DNA of 64,000 bases from Malacoraja senta (Eukaryota). The translations under genes and the position numbers were made by a program. Shown piece after piece: positions 12,770 through 26,310 of this stretch. Under the pieces are notes generated by a model that did no database searches, was not told the origin of the DNA, and saw nothing but the letters and a program-made list of their open reading frames with translations. The stretch covers positions 1 through 64,000 of the forward strand of contig JAXLNO010000485.1 of NCBI GenBank assembly GCA_038087875.1, in the 5' to 3' direction. Position 1 is the stretch's first letter. Every line of letters begins with the position of its first letter.

Positions 12770-13265
12770 CAGCTTGCCCCAATCAGTATCAATGGTGCCA
12801 AAGTAGAAATGGTTGAGAGCTTAAAATTCTTTGGTGTAAATATTACCAACGAACCTTGATGGACCAACCACATTGAAGGGACAGCCAAGAAGGCACACCA
12901 ATGCCTCCATTTCCTCAGACGACTGAGGAAATTTGGTATGTGTCCAATGACTCTTACCAACTTCCATAGATGCACCATAGAAAGCATACTATCAGGTTAC
13001 ATCACAGCTTGTTTTCAGAATAGCTTTGCCCAAGACCACAAGATATTGCAGAGAGGTGTAGATGTAGCACAGTCCATCACACAGACCAGACTGCCCATCA
13101 TTGTCTCCATTTACACTTCCTGCCTCTTCAGGAAGACAGCCAACATAGTCAAAGATCTTTCTCACACTAGCGATTCCTTTTTTCTCCACTTCCATCAGGC
13201 AGAAGATGCAGAGCTTAAAGGTGTAGAGCACCAGACACAGGAACAGCTTCTTCTCCTCTGTTATC
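12770..13265 (+). mobile_element. Rex1/Babar-type LINE RT C-terminal fragment
   Basis: KFFGVNIT...KKAHQCLHFLRRLRKFG...FHRCTIESILSGYITA motif. Confidence 0.85.
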
Positions 13266-13529
13266 AGGCTTTTGAATGTTCCATGTGCTAGGACCCATTC
13301 CCAATTCTCCTTTACCTCAATATGGCCATTGGATTTTGTCTCTGGAACTGTTGTACAATAATGTTGAGAGCTATATTCTTCACTCTGTATCTTATCCTTC
13401 AGTCTGCCTATTGTACTTGCGTTTGGCTTGATAGTATTTATGTATACAACAGCAAACACAATGCTTTTCACCGTACCTTGGTACACATCACAATAACAAA
13501 CCTCAAGCTAAACCTTAAATGGTGGATTC

Positions 13530-14170
13530 TTGTCTAAATGGAGAGAGACTGTAACTGAGTGAAGTTCAGATGGGATCTTGGTATTCAAGTGCATGCATCA
13601 AATTAAGTTAGTAGCAGGCCCAGTAACCAATGGAAAAAATGCAGTCTTTACTGCAAAGGGGATGGAATTTAAGAACAGGGAAGTTATATTGGAATTATGC
13701 AGGATGATAGTGAGTCAATAACTGGAAAACCGCACACAGTTTAACATTAAATAGGGTATAGGAGCATTGGATGCAGACCAGGTGAAATTCACCAAACTAA
13801 GTCAAGAGATGAAAAGGTTGTCCCATCAAGAGCGGTAAACACTTTAGGTCTGCATTCCTTGGAGTGTAGAAAGTGATGAGTGACCTTATTCACACATGCA
13901 ATATCTTAAGGGGCTTTTCATGATAGATGTTGAGATGTTTCACTGGTGGGAAAGTCTAAAAACAATGGGAAACAACTACAGAATAAGGGACCAGTTGTTT
14001 AAAAGTGAGGTACATAAAAATTACTTCTTTCAGAACGGTGTGAATCGCTGGAATTCTGTGCCCAGAGGTGGTGGTGGCTAAGGCATTAGATATGCTTATG
14101 AACAGATAGAGAAATCTTTGAAAGATTCAGGCAATTGACGGTTTTGGGGTAAAGAAACAGAGGAGTAGTC
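13530..14170 (+). mobile_element. Old CR1 3' fragment
   Basis: Degenerate match to the CR1 C-terminal region (RDQLFKSEV.KNYFFQ..VN.WNSVP). Confidence 0.65.
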
Positions 14171-14244
14171 CACTTCTGCTATTTTTACTTGTGTTGTGGA
14201 CGATTACCCTCATGAATAAAGTTAGAACTTGCAACCAACATTTC

Positions 14245-14765
14245 AATCAGAGGGGCACAGCAGTGGAGTTACTTCCTTGCAGTACCTGTGACTCCGGTTT
14301 GATCCTGACTAAGGGTGCTGTCTGTACCAACTTTGTATGTTCTCTCTGTGACTGCATGGGTTTTCCCTGGTGCTTTCGTTTCCTCCCAGTTCCAAAGACC
14401 TGCAGGTTTATAGGTTAATTGGCATCTGTAAATTGTCCTATGTGTATAGGATAGAACTGTGTAGGCAGCATGGTGACGCAAAGGGGTGGCACGGAGTAGC
14501 AGTGGTAGAGTTGCTACAGTGGCAGAGACCCAGGTTTGATCTTGACCATGGGTGCTGTATGTATGGATTTTTTACGTTCTCCCTTTGACCTGTGTGGGTT
14601 TTCTCTGGGGCTTCCAGCTTCCTCCCACACTCCAAAGACATGCAGGTTTGCAGGTTAATTGCCCCAGGTGTGTGTAGGATAGTGTTAGTGTGGGGGGATC
14701 ACTGGTCAGCACAGACTCAGTGGGCCTAAGGGCCTGTTTCAAGGCTGTACCTCTAAACCAAACTA
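14245..14765 (+). mobile_element. Two adjacent V-SINEs
   Basis: Heads at about 14250 and about 14487, each followed by a V-domain; the second has a full tail. Confidence 0.85.
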
Positions 14766-15654
14766 ATCTAAGGAGCTGAGGCCAACTGAACAGTGATCAT
14801 TTTATTGAATGGTGGAACAAGTTTGGTGACTATTCTCAGGGGCTGATAGCCTACTACTGTTCTATTTCCTCCTGTTCTTGATAGTTCCCCTCATGGAGGA
14901 AACTAGACCTTGGAGGCCAAGGTTTCAAACTGAGGAGAAAATTGATTTATTTTTCTCCCAGATGATAACGAATCATGGGAATTTTCAACTGCAGAGTGTA
15001 GATTCATTACGTTACTGAGAAGGATGGATTTGTTTCTTTGGGAAGTTGTTGGTTACTGGCTACAGACTCTTCTGGTCATGAGTAGATCAGTCATGACCTA
15101 ATTGAGCTGCAGAACAGACTTTACTCATGGCCAACAAGTACTTCATTTTTCTTGTGATCTCTACAATTACCCACTACAATCATTGCACTCTTACTTGTTT
15201 ATGATTGCACTCATGTATGGTGTATTATGACTGGATAGCATGCAAAACATGGTATTTCACCGTATTTTTGTACACATTACAATAATAAACTCAACTTTAG
15301 GGAGAAGGGAGCAGAATAATGTGGCCTCTATCAGTGGTTGAGTAATATGGACTAAAACATTGGTTTGGACTAATTCTGCCAGTGGCTTGTGGGCCTATTC
15401 CTGCTTCTCCTTTCTTGTGTTCATGTATTTGATGTCTCTTGCTTACTGTGGTCACTGCTGTGAGTTATAACTCCAGTAACATAAGCAAATTAGTTCAGCA
15501 CTATCCGAGCAAAATTAAAAGCATTTTTAAAAATGCAGACTTAAATCTGATGTAGTGAGGGAGAAACACAGACATCTTTGGGTTGATTGAAATGATTTTG
15601 GTTAAGAGCTGAAAATTAAAATGAATAGAAATTAACATTTTGACATTAGACTTC

Positions 15655-15940
15655 AGAGGTACATCATGGAAGCAGGCCCTTCGGCCCACCGAGTCCTCGC
15701 TAACTCCCCGTACAATAGTACTATACCACGACAGGTGACAATTTACAATTTTACCAAAGCAAATTAACCTAAAAACCTGTACTTCTTTGAGATGTGGGAG
15801 GAAACTGGAGCACCCAGAGAAAAACAATGCAGTCACGCATGGAGATGCAGGGAGAATGTACAAACACCGTACAGACAGCACCGTTAGTCAGAATCGACCT
15901 GAGTCTCTGCTGCTATAGGCAGCAACTCTACCGTTGCAAC
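15655..15940 (-). mobile_element. V-SINE
   Basis: Reverse tail, V-domain and head. Confidence 0.8.
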
Positions 15941-17349
15941 ACTGAGGATATCTTGAATTACAAAAGCAATATTTTGGGCTCATCACCAACCATACCAGCA
16001 CCTGCATTCTTTATATGGTACATTGATATGGAGTTTATTGCATTGAAACAGGCCCACAAGCCTGCCCTGTTGTTCAATACAATCCCTCAGTCATTCCTGA
16101 TCTGGTTTGATTAGGATGCAAATAAAAGCTTTTCACTATATCACAATACAAGTGACAATAATAAACCAATACCAATGCTATTGTGTAAGTTCTCCCCATA
16201 TCGGATATAGATCCTTGATAAATTTGTAGACACCATCGCCGTCTATATCCACCACCATTTGCTCCACAGTTTCAATGTCCAAACTAGCTTCCAATATAAC
16301 TGTTTTACAGAATTCCATTTTGAGTTGAAAGATACAACATGGAAACAGGCCCTTCAGCCCACCATGCTGACCACCAGTCACCCCTTCATACTAGTTCAAT
16401 GTTATCCCACTTTTTTGTCCAATCCCCACACACACTAGGGGAAATTTACAGATGTCAATTAACTGACAAACCCACACACCTGTGGAATGTGGGAGAAAAC
16501 CAGAGCACCCGGGAAGAACCCAGGTGGTCACAGGAAGAAGGAACAAAATCTATACAGTAGCTAGACAAAAATGCTGGAGAAACCCAGGGGGTGAGGCAGC
16601 ATCTATGGAGCGAAGGAATAGTTTTGGGTCAAGACCCTTCTTGGAGGGTTTCGACCAGAAACGTCGCCTATTCCTTTGCTCCATAGATGCTGCCTCACCC
16701 GCTGAGTTTCTCCAGCATTTTTGTCTACCTTCGATTTTTCCAGCATCTGCAGTTCTTTCTTAAAGAAAATCTACACAGACAATACCAGAGGTCAGGATCT
16801 AACGCTGGTCTCTGGTGCTGTGAGGCAGCAGCTCTACCTGCTGTGTACAGTGTTTGGTTTCCTCCTTTTTGTTCTGCATTGTAATGATTCAAGTCAGGAT
16901 AGGCATTGGATTTATGGGTCTCCTGAATGGTAACATAAGGAGCAGTTAGCAGCATAAGAATGGAGTTATCTGAAACGTAATTACAGTTCCAGGCAACTAC
17001 GCCCTGCCTTTCCATTCCATTTGCTATAGAGTGCGATAAAACCAAAGTGCTGGAGTAACTCAGCAGGTCGGGCAACATCTCTGGAGGACATTGACAGGCG
17101 CTGTTTCAGATTGGGACCCTACTTCAGACTGACAATAGTCACCTATCCTTTTTCTCCAAAGATGCTGCTCGACCCGTTGAGTTACTCCAGCGCTTTGTGT
17201 CTATCGTCACCTATCTATGCCCTCCGGAGTTGTGACCTGACCTGCTGAGTTACACCAGCACTTTGGGTCTTTTGTTGTTGTAAATCAGCATCAGCACCTC
17301 CTCGTGTCTCCATTACAGTCAATTGTTTCCTGCTGGTTCAATGACATCG

Positions 17350-17392
17350 CTCGACAACTGGTGACGACCCGTGGTATTTTGATTCTGATTGC
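17350..17392 (+). promoter_or_regulatory. Candidate MHC SXY-type promoter module (X1, X2/CRE, Y-like)
   Basis: CTCGACAACTGG (X1-like) directly followed by TGACG (17362-17366, X2/CRE half-site), then CTGATTGC (17385-17392, one mismatch to the Y-box CTGATTGG). There are 21 nt between TGACG and ATTG, and the module ends about 75 bp upstream of the ATG. Confidence 0.5.
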
Positions 17393-17466
17393 ATGATGAG
17401 ATCCTGCTTTGATGTTGGTGAAGTTTGGCTCAGTTGCTGCTGTTGATGTGAGAGGTTGTGCGTGAA

Positions 17467-17512
17467 ATGATTCTGTTCATCTTGTTGAGTTTCTTCCGCG
17501 TACAAGGGGCAG
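17467..17512 (+). CDS. MHC class I heavy chain, exon 1 (signal peptide MILFILLSFFRVQGA + phase-1 G)
   Basis: ATG at 17467 (in-frame TGA upstream at 17449), hydrophobic 15-aa leader ending Q-G-A, strong donor G|GTAAGT at 17513. The leftover G joins GG of the alpha1 exon to give mature GPHTL. It lies in a non-repetitive, CpG-containing island downstream of an X/Y-box-like module. Confidence 0.8.
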
Positions 17513-17819
17513 GTAAGTTAATGATTCTCATTTTATTCGCTACTGGCTAAAAGCGTCTTGGCTTTATCTCAATCTTGACCGGAGGCGACTGAGTTTAAAA
17601 AAGCGCGCAATACACATTCAGTCTGGTTCATGGTTCATGCGGACGGACGTTAAAAGGGTTTAATCTCCACTGTTTCAGTACAATCCAGACTGGAATTTCT
17701 GCATTGATTTGCACAATGCCCCGTTTCCTTTGTGGAAGAAGGAACTACAGATATTGGTTTAAACTGATTTTAACTCGTGTAAAACAAACAGGAGCGAGGC
17801 ATTCACTAGGGTTTCCTCG

Positions 17820-18715
17820 CTGCTCCGCTCTTGCTCTCCCTTCCCCCCACATTCGTAACAAGGACAGAGTCCCCCTTGTCCTCACCTTCCACCCCATCAG
17901 CCGTCGCACAGCATATGATCCTCCATCATTTTTTGCCACCTCCAACAGGATCCCAATACTGGCCACATCTTCCCATCTCCACCTCTTTCTGCTTTCCGTG
18001 GAGACCATTCCCTCCGAAATTCCCTGGTCAACTCGTCCTTTTCCACCCAAACCACCCCCTCCCCAGGTACTTTCCCCTGCAACCGCAGGAGATGCAACAC
18101 GTGTCCCTTTCCCTCCCTTCTCGACTCCATCCAAGGACCCAAACAGTCTTTCCAGGTGAGGCAGAGGTTCACTTGCACCTCCTCCAACCTCATCTACTGT
18201 ATCCGCAGTTGCAGGTGTCAACTTCTCTACATCAGTGAGGCCAAGCACAGGCTCGGCAATCATTTCACTGAACTACTCCGCTCTGTCCATCTTAACCTAC
18301 CTGATCTCCTGGTTGCTCAGCACTTCAACTTCCCCTCCCATTCACAATCTGACCTTTCTGTCCTGGGCCTCCTCCATTGTCAGGGTGAGGCCCAGTGCAA
18401 ATTGGAGGAATAGCACCTCATATTTCACTTGGGTAGTTTACACCCCAGCGGTATGAACATTGACTTCTCTAACTTTAAATTGCCCTTGCTTTCCCTCTCT
18501 ATCCCCTCCCCCTTCCCAGTTCTTCCACTAGTCTTAGTGTCTTCAACTACATTCTATCTTTGTCCCATCAACTCCCCTGACATCAGTCTGAAGAAGGGTC
18601 TCGACCCGATAGGTCGCCCATTCCTTCTCTCCAGAGATGCTGCTGGCCTGCTGAGTTACTCCAGCATTTTGTGTCTACCTTCGAGTTAAACCAGCATCTG
18701 CAGTTCTATCCTACA
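17820..18715 (+). mobile_element. Penelope-like element 3' part (GIY-YIG) plus hammerhead-like terminal repeat
   Basis: RVPLVLTFHP...CNRRRCNTC...NLIYCIRSCRCQLLYISE...KLEE* followed by CAGTCTGAAGAAGGGTCTCGACCCGA; begins about 300 bp into MHC intron 1. Confidence 0.9.
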
Positions 18716-18904
18716 CAAAGTGCATTGTTTGACAGGTTCAAGTTTATGGCCAAATTCCTCGTATGTTGCAAAACATACTTGGCGAATAAAGTGTGATTCT
18801 GATTCTGATTGATCTGATTCTGAAATGTGGGAAGAGAGCGAGGCACTAGTACAATGCAAAATCATTAAAAGATTAGCACACACTGTGGATTTTGCTATTG
18901 ACTG

Positions 18905-19435
18905 AGTGACAACTCTTAGCTCCAAACGTGCGGTCGTCACGTTTATGTTGTTTAGTAGTGATGTGGCCAAGTTTGCAGATGATGCTAAAATAGGTGGAGG
19001 GGCAGGCAGTGTAGAGGATGCAAGGACTTTGCAGAAGGACTTGTTCGGGTTAGGAGAGTGGGCAGAGAAGTGGCAGATGAAATCCAGTATAGCAAAGTGT
19101 GGAGACATGCATTTTGGTAATAAGAATAAAGGCGTAGATTATTTTACAAATGGAGAGAGAATCTAGAAATCGGAGGCACACAGTGACATGGGAGTGTTGG
19201 TGCAGGACTCCTAAAAGGTTAATTTGCAAATTGAATCGGTAGTCAGGAAGGTGATTTATATCAAGAGGACTGGAATACAAAAACAGAAAATGCCGCCCGA
19301 TTTGTAAGAGTGTCAAAGGTCACAGGGAGATGACAGGAGAACGGCACTGAGAGGGAACGATAGGTCAGCCATGATTAAATTGTGGAGTAAACTCGATGGG
19401 CTGAACAACCAAATTCTGCACCTTTGACTTATGAA
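18905..19435 (+). mobile_element. CR1 RT fragment
   Basis: VAKFADDAKIGG...LQKDL..LGEWAEKWQM motif. Confidence 0.85.
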
Positions 19436-22400
19436 GTGAGTCAAAGTTCAGAACATGAGGGATGATCTTTTTATTTCTCCCCAGACTGGTGTGTCTGGAA
19501 CCAAAATTCACAGTTTAAAAATAAGGCTTCAGACATTCTTATGGCACCAAAACATGGTGACACTTGTGTATTGCCTAGGTTAGGTCTGCTATATGATTTT
19601 ACCGTTGTATGCGAAACAAAGTATTTCACTGTACCTAGGTGCATGTGACAATAAAATATCATTGAATCGTTGAATTCAGTGCAGTAATGAGATGAAATCT
19701 TTTCACCCAGAGGGTAATTAGTCTTTCAAATTCTCTGTCCAAGAAGGCTGTGGGCATTCAGTCAATCAGATGCTTGAGGCAGGGATAGGAAGATGCTTGG
19801 ATACAAAAGGAATTCTGGGTTAGTTCGGGAAAATGGTTGTCTGCTGGAGGATCGGTTATGATCTTATAGAATATCAGAGATTGGGAACAAAGGATGAATG
19901 GCAACATTTTGCTGATGTTAGGTTTGATCCCACTCCACAAGAGAATCCAGAAGGAAAGAGAGTATAGAGTGTTCAATTGTCATATGTGCTGACTACAAAA
20001 CAATGAAATTCTTGTAGCAGCTTAGCAGACCTGTAAGACAAAACAAATAGATAACATACTAAAAATCCAGTTAATTGATAATCCCAATACATGTGCAAAA
20101 ACACCTCGAATGCTTAGTTTAACCAAAGACAGTCCATAGGTCTACAGGGTCCGACTCGACACATTACCTATCCATGCTGCCTGATCTGCTGAGTTACTCC
20201 AACACTTTATTTTGTTCATTAATCATAGCTGAGTGTAGTGTAGTTCAGGGTTCAATATACGGGAAGATTTTAATGATCACATTCCAACATGCATCTCTAG
20301 AGCCAAACAAAACAATGACATTCTCCTTTGATGGTAATAATCTAATTTGGTGAAAGGGGAAACAGGCTTAGATATAAAGAATAACATTTATAGCAGTTCC
20401 AATGTAGGAAAATGCTTCAATGAGATTCGTAAGAATATTATTCTGTAACATTTTACTTCGAGCAGTATAATGGCATGACATGACAATTAGCAAAATAAAC
20501 ATTTAAGGTGCATCTTAAAGGAAGAATAAGAGGAAGGGATATTTAGAGAGCAATTCTATTACTTAGGCCTGCTCTTCAGATGAAATACTTAAATTTGTGA
20601 ATAATCAGGAAGTTATACTGCCCGGTTCATCGTGGGTTCTGACCTCACCACCATCGAAGGGATCCACACGAGACGCTGCCTCAAAAAGGAAGGCAACATC
20701 ATCCCCCTGGCCACGCTTTCATTACCTCCCACCATGGGGAAGAAAGTATAGGTGTCTGAAAACCATGACAACCAGGTTCAAGAATAGCTTCTTCCCAACA
20801 ACTATCACGCACTTGAACAATACACAACGCTAACCTCAACTGTGAAATTGTATGGACTGTATGCATGCCGAGGGAGGAGCTGCGTAGGAAGGAACTGCAG
20901 ATGCTGGTTTAAACCGAAGATAGACACAAAATGCTGGAGTAACTCAGCGGGTCCGACAGCGACTCTGGAGAAAAGGAATAGGTAGCGTTTCAGGTCGAGA
21001 CCATTCTTCAGACTGATAGTCAGGGGAAAGGGAAACGAGAGATACAGGCGGTGATATAGAGATATATAAGAACAAATGATTGAAAGATATGCTTTGAATG
21101 AAAGAGCTGTTGGTCTTAGATATTTAAATACAATGATCAGAGTTTAAAATCTGAATATTTTTCAATCAGAAAGATGATGGGTGAATGGGATGGAGCAAGT
21201 TAGCACAATGATGACAAAGTTTGAAGAAGGGCCTCAATCTGATACATCACCCATTCCTATTCTCCAGAGATGCTGCCTGACCCACTGAGTTATTCCAGCA
21301 TTTTGTGTCTATCGCTAAGTGCTGGAGTAACTCAGCTGGGCAGGCAGCATCTCCAGAGAACGTGGCTAGATGACGTTTAGGGTAAACACCCTTCCACAGA
21401 GTGAAGAAGGGGTCTTGACCCGAAACATCTATCCATCATCACATATCCATGATCTCCAGGGATGCTGCCGGACCCACTAAGGTGCTCCAGCACTTTGCGT
21501 CTCTTTGTGAACCAACATTTGTAGTTCCTTGTTTCTTCAATGTAAATTGACTGTCATTTGTAGGTAAGTGATAGAATCTGGAGAGAGATGATGGGAACTT
21601 GCAGAGAATAAGAATGAGTTGATCAAGAGCAAGAGTTTAATTGTCATCTGTACTGGCAATGGAACAATGAAATTCTTATACACATATTAAATATACAACA
21701 ATCAATGGTAAAATAAATTACTCTTAGTTATACTAGGTAACCAGACCATAACAGTGGAAAAACAAACGTCCTTACTGCAACCAAAATAAAGTCCATCACA
21801 GATCAGATTTGTTGAGGTAAGGTTGTGGTTCGTGTTGTGCAGTGTTTAAATGCCTGCTGCTCATGAGAAAAAAGCTGCTCTTAAACCTGGAGCTAACAGT
21901 TCTCAGGCTCTCTAACCTCAGAGACAGTTGATTGGTTCAACGGTATTTTATATGTGGCAAGTACCGAGGTACAGTGAAATTCATTATTGTATACAGTTTA
22001 GTACAAGTATCACTATATATAAGTCCTTAGATACATCTTAGATAAGCATCTCGGATACAGTATAAGTGTATAGCAGTAGTAAGCTGAGACAGTATACAGT
22101 GTCGCCAGTTTATGGTGCCATTTTCATGTCCCAGTTGTTGTAAGTGAGGGTTCTTGGCCTGACCATGAGGCCCATTGTCCTGGTGTTGTTGAGGGTTGAC
22201 CTGTCCAATCGAAGCTGTGGTGTCCTCTACTGCTGCAGGGCGCAACTGGTCCATGTGCCCGGCCTCTTGGATCAGCGCCTGGAACAGCCAAGTCCCAGGC
22301 TGCTGTAGGGCCTCCAGCACCCACTCCACTGTTGAGGCAGTCCATTCCCTCCCGCAGCCTGTCTGCCTATAAGCCATCCATCTGACTCCTTCCACTCTGG

Positions 22401-25400
22401 GCGGGAGAGCTGGGCCTTCCAGGTGGGTCCTCCATCCACGGTCCACAGCGAGCAAGAACTCAGTCCGTGATGGATGGGCCAGATCTTCCGGGCGAATTCC
22501 AGGTCCAGGGTGTCCGGCCCTGAGAGTATGGCCAGGGTGGTGTGGGTCTCTGATGATATTAGCTGTCTTTCTGAGGCAGCACCTCCTGTAGATCTATTCA
22601 ATGGTGGGATGGAATGGTATGGAATGAGTGCTTCATGGTCAGTGGACTGTTGGCTGAAGGTTCTGTTTGTGTGTCTCTGTGACTATATGTGTGGAGAAGG
22701 CTTCAAAAGAGTAGGTGAAGGGGCATTCTAAATGATGGGATGCACATATCATTGTAAACGGGGCCCTCAAAGTATTGATCTGTAAAATGCTAAATCTGCA
22801 TTTCATTGCAGTGGACTAGAGTTTAATGGTAGCCAATCCACATAAACACTTGTTCTTGTCTATGGCGAGTTTTGCAGACTGCTCCAATTACAATAAATTA
22901 ATATATAAAGAGAGTGGGATACTAGAAGGTACATTCCTTTTATCCATAGATGCTGCCTGTTCCACTGCATTACTCCAGTATTTTGTCTCTATCTTTGGTG
23001 TAAGCCAGCATGTGCAGTGCCTTCCTACACACACAAGAAGGATCCCAACAATGGGTTCTGTTTGTATGGAGTTGATACGTTCTCCCTGTGACCGCTCGGC
23101 TTTCCTCTTGGTGCTCAGAGGGCAGTGGAGGCCGGTTCTCTGGATACTTTCAAGAGAGAGCTAGATGGGCCTCTTAAAGATAGCGGGGTCAGGGGATATG
23201 GGGAGAAGGCAGGAACGGGGTACTGATTGGGGATGATCAGCCATGATCACATTGAATGGCGGTGCTGGCTCAAAGGGCCAAATGGCCTACTCTTGCACCT
23301 ATTGTCTATTGTCTATTGTTTCCTCCCACGTTCCAAAGACGTGTGTGTTTGTAGGTTTATTGGCCACTGTAAATTGCCCTGAGTGTGTAGGATGTGAAAC
23401 AGGGAAAACATAGAACTAGTGTATGGGTTGATGGTCAGTGCAGACTCAGTGGGCAGAAAGGCCTGTTTCCATGCTGCATCTGTTAAAAAAGATTGGTGAG
23501 CATGATACCCGAATTCAAACGTCACAGAGAAACCAACACATTTTAGTTTGTACAGACAAGAACACCCAAGAATGTTTGTATTCAAACAGACCAACAAAGT
23601 AATAAAGGTTTGCAGGTACAAAGTTCAACAGTGAGCATTGCTTAATCTAATCTTATACTTAGAACATTGTAGACGTAGGGCATTCAGCACAGGGAGGCTG
23701 TCCCATTGAGGGGGACGAGAACAAATGGGGAACTGTGGGGATGGGGGCGCCACTAAGAACAAAGGGGGAACTGGTGGGGATGGGGTCTGCTGCCATGTGT
23801 GGCAACAGGCAGTGGATAGGACTGTTCGGTACTTTGTAACTTTGTCTGCGCCAACACATGACGACATTTTTGTACAGCCTAGGTTCAGTTTAGTTTATTG
23901 TCACGTGTCGAGGTACAGTGAAAAGCTTTTTGTTGCTTACTAACCAGTCAGTAGAAAGACAATACATGATTACAATAATGTTTAATGCAAGGTGAAGCCA
24001 GCAAAGTCCGGTCAAGGATAGACCGAGGTTGCATGGAAAACAAAGCATTTCACTATACCCAGGTACCCTGGGTACATGTGACAATAGAGTATCATTCAAT
24101 CATTCTTTCATTCATCAGTCCTATTCCTCACAATTTATTTTCCATATAACACAGGCACCCATGGCCGCCAATGCTCCTTTGATTTTCTTTGCCATTTACG
24201 TGTGTTGATCTGGCTAATGGGTTTTGTGAAGTACAGCACAGTGGTGCAATGGTAGAGAGTTGCTGCCTCATAGCGCCAGAGACCCAGGTTCAATCCTGAC
24301 TTCAGGTCTGTCTATGTGGCGTTTGCACATTTTCACTGTGACCGAGTGGGTTTCCTCCAGGTGTTCCGGTTTCCTCCCACAACCCAAAGGCATGCAGCTT
24401 TGTAGGTTAATTGGCCTATGTAAATTGCCCCTAGTGTGTAAAGAGTGGACGAGAAAGTGGAATAACTAGAGTGAATGGGAGATCAATGGTCAGCATGGAC
24501 CCAGTGGGCCTGTTTCCGCTATAACCATATAATATAACCATATAACAATTACAGCACGGAAACAGGCCATCTCGACCCTTCTAGTCCGTGCCGAACACGT
24601 ATTCTTCCCTAGTCCCATATACCTGCGCTCAGACCATAACCCTCCATTCCTTTCCCGTCCATATAACTATCCTATTTATTTTTAAATGATAAAAACGAAC
24701 TTGCCTCCACCACCTTCACTGGAAGCTCATTCCACACAGCCACCACTCTCTGAGTAAAGAAGTTCCCCCTCATGTTACCCCTAAACTTCTGTCCCTTAAT
24801 TCTCAAGTCAACCCTTAACTCTAAACTAACCTTAAAAACCACTAAAATTACTGATTTATTGCAAGTAGCTAGATTCAAAACTATTTAAACTACTGAAGAC
24901 GGGTCCTGACTCAAAACATTACCTGTCCATTCCAACCACAGATGCTGCCTGACTCACTGAGTTCCTCCAGTATTTCATTGCTCAAGATTCCAACATGTCT
25001 CGATATTAACTACTTCTTTGAATAACACTGTTGTTTGGTATTTTTATGATATTTTTACGGTAGAATTGCATGCTGAAATGTTCATACCTTGAACATAGTT
25101 GAAAAGGATAGTAATTCATTAATGCATGCAGGAATAGTATTATTAAAATTGACTTTAGTAAAATACCGAATACACTGGCAATATGCAGTAGGTCAGGCCG
25201 CATCTGTGGGCAGGAAAGCAGAATGTTTTAGGCCAGAGACCCTTCAGGACTGGGAAGGAGGAGAAAGAAGAAAGGAGGAACTGAAGATGCTGGTTAACAA
25301 AATAAGACACAGTTTTGGAATAACTCAGTGGGACGGGCAGCATTACTGGAGAGCGTGGGATGCTAAGGTTTTGGGTCAGGACCATTCTTCAAACTGATTG

Positions 25401-25869
25401 TGGGGGTAAATAAAGCTGGAAGAGAGGAGGGGCAGAACAAAGTATGGCAGATGATAGGTGATAGATACCAAAATGAGAGAGCAGTCCTGAACTACTATCT
25501 GCCTCATTTGTGACCCTCGTACTTTCTTTGATCGGACTTTACTGGCTTTACCTTGCACTAAATGTTATTCCCTCATCATGTATCTCTACTCTGTAAATGG
25601 TTAGTTTGTAATCATGTATTGTCTTTACGCTGACTGGTTAGCAGGCAACAAAAGCTTTTCACTGTACCTCTGTACACGTAACAATAGACTAAACTAAAAT
25701 GTTGCAGAGAGGATTTTCCGACAACAAAGGCCAGAGATGAAAAGACAAAAGGAATTAAAGAATGGTGAATTGTGAAAATAGAGGAATGGATGAACGGGAC
25801 GGGGGAGGGCAGAAATAGATGCAAGTCCAGATGGGGCACAGGGGAGGGGAAGAAATGGGGGGGGTAGGT

Positions 25870-26310
25870 TACCTAAAATTCTCATCACTTCCCACACAAA
25901 CCATAGCATCCCAGGTAATCTCCCCTGCAACTGCGGATGTAACATCTGTTCCTGTACCTCCTCTGTGGTCTGCCTCGAGGGACCATAGCAGTCCTTCTAG
26001 GTGAGACAAGAGATTCATGTACACCTTCTCTAAACTGATCTATTGCATTCCCAATGTGGCCTCCTGTATATCGACGAGACCAAGCATTGACTCCACGACC
26101 ATTTCGCCGAAACTGGATCTGCCATGGACTTCTGCACTGGATCTCCTGGTTGCTAACCACTTGAACTTCCTTTCCCATTGCCATATTTACCTTTCTGTCT
26201 TGGGTCTCCTCCATTGCCAGAGTGAGGTCAATTGCAAACAGCCCCTAATATTCTTCTTGGGTAGCTTTCAACCTGATGGTGTGAACATTGAACTCGCCAA
26301 TTTTAGGAAA
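25870..26310 (+). mobile_element. Degenerate Penelope-like GIY-YIG fragment
   Basis: LIYCI...VANHLNF.SH...LSVLGLLHCQSE...LGSFQPDGVNIE. Confidence 0.75.
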
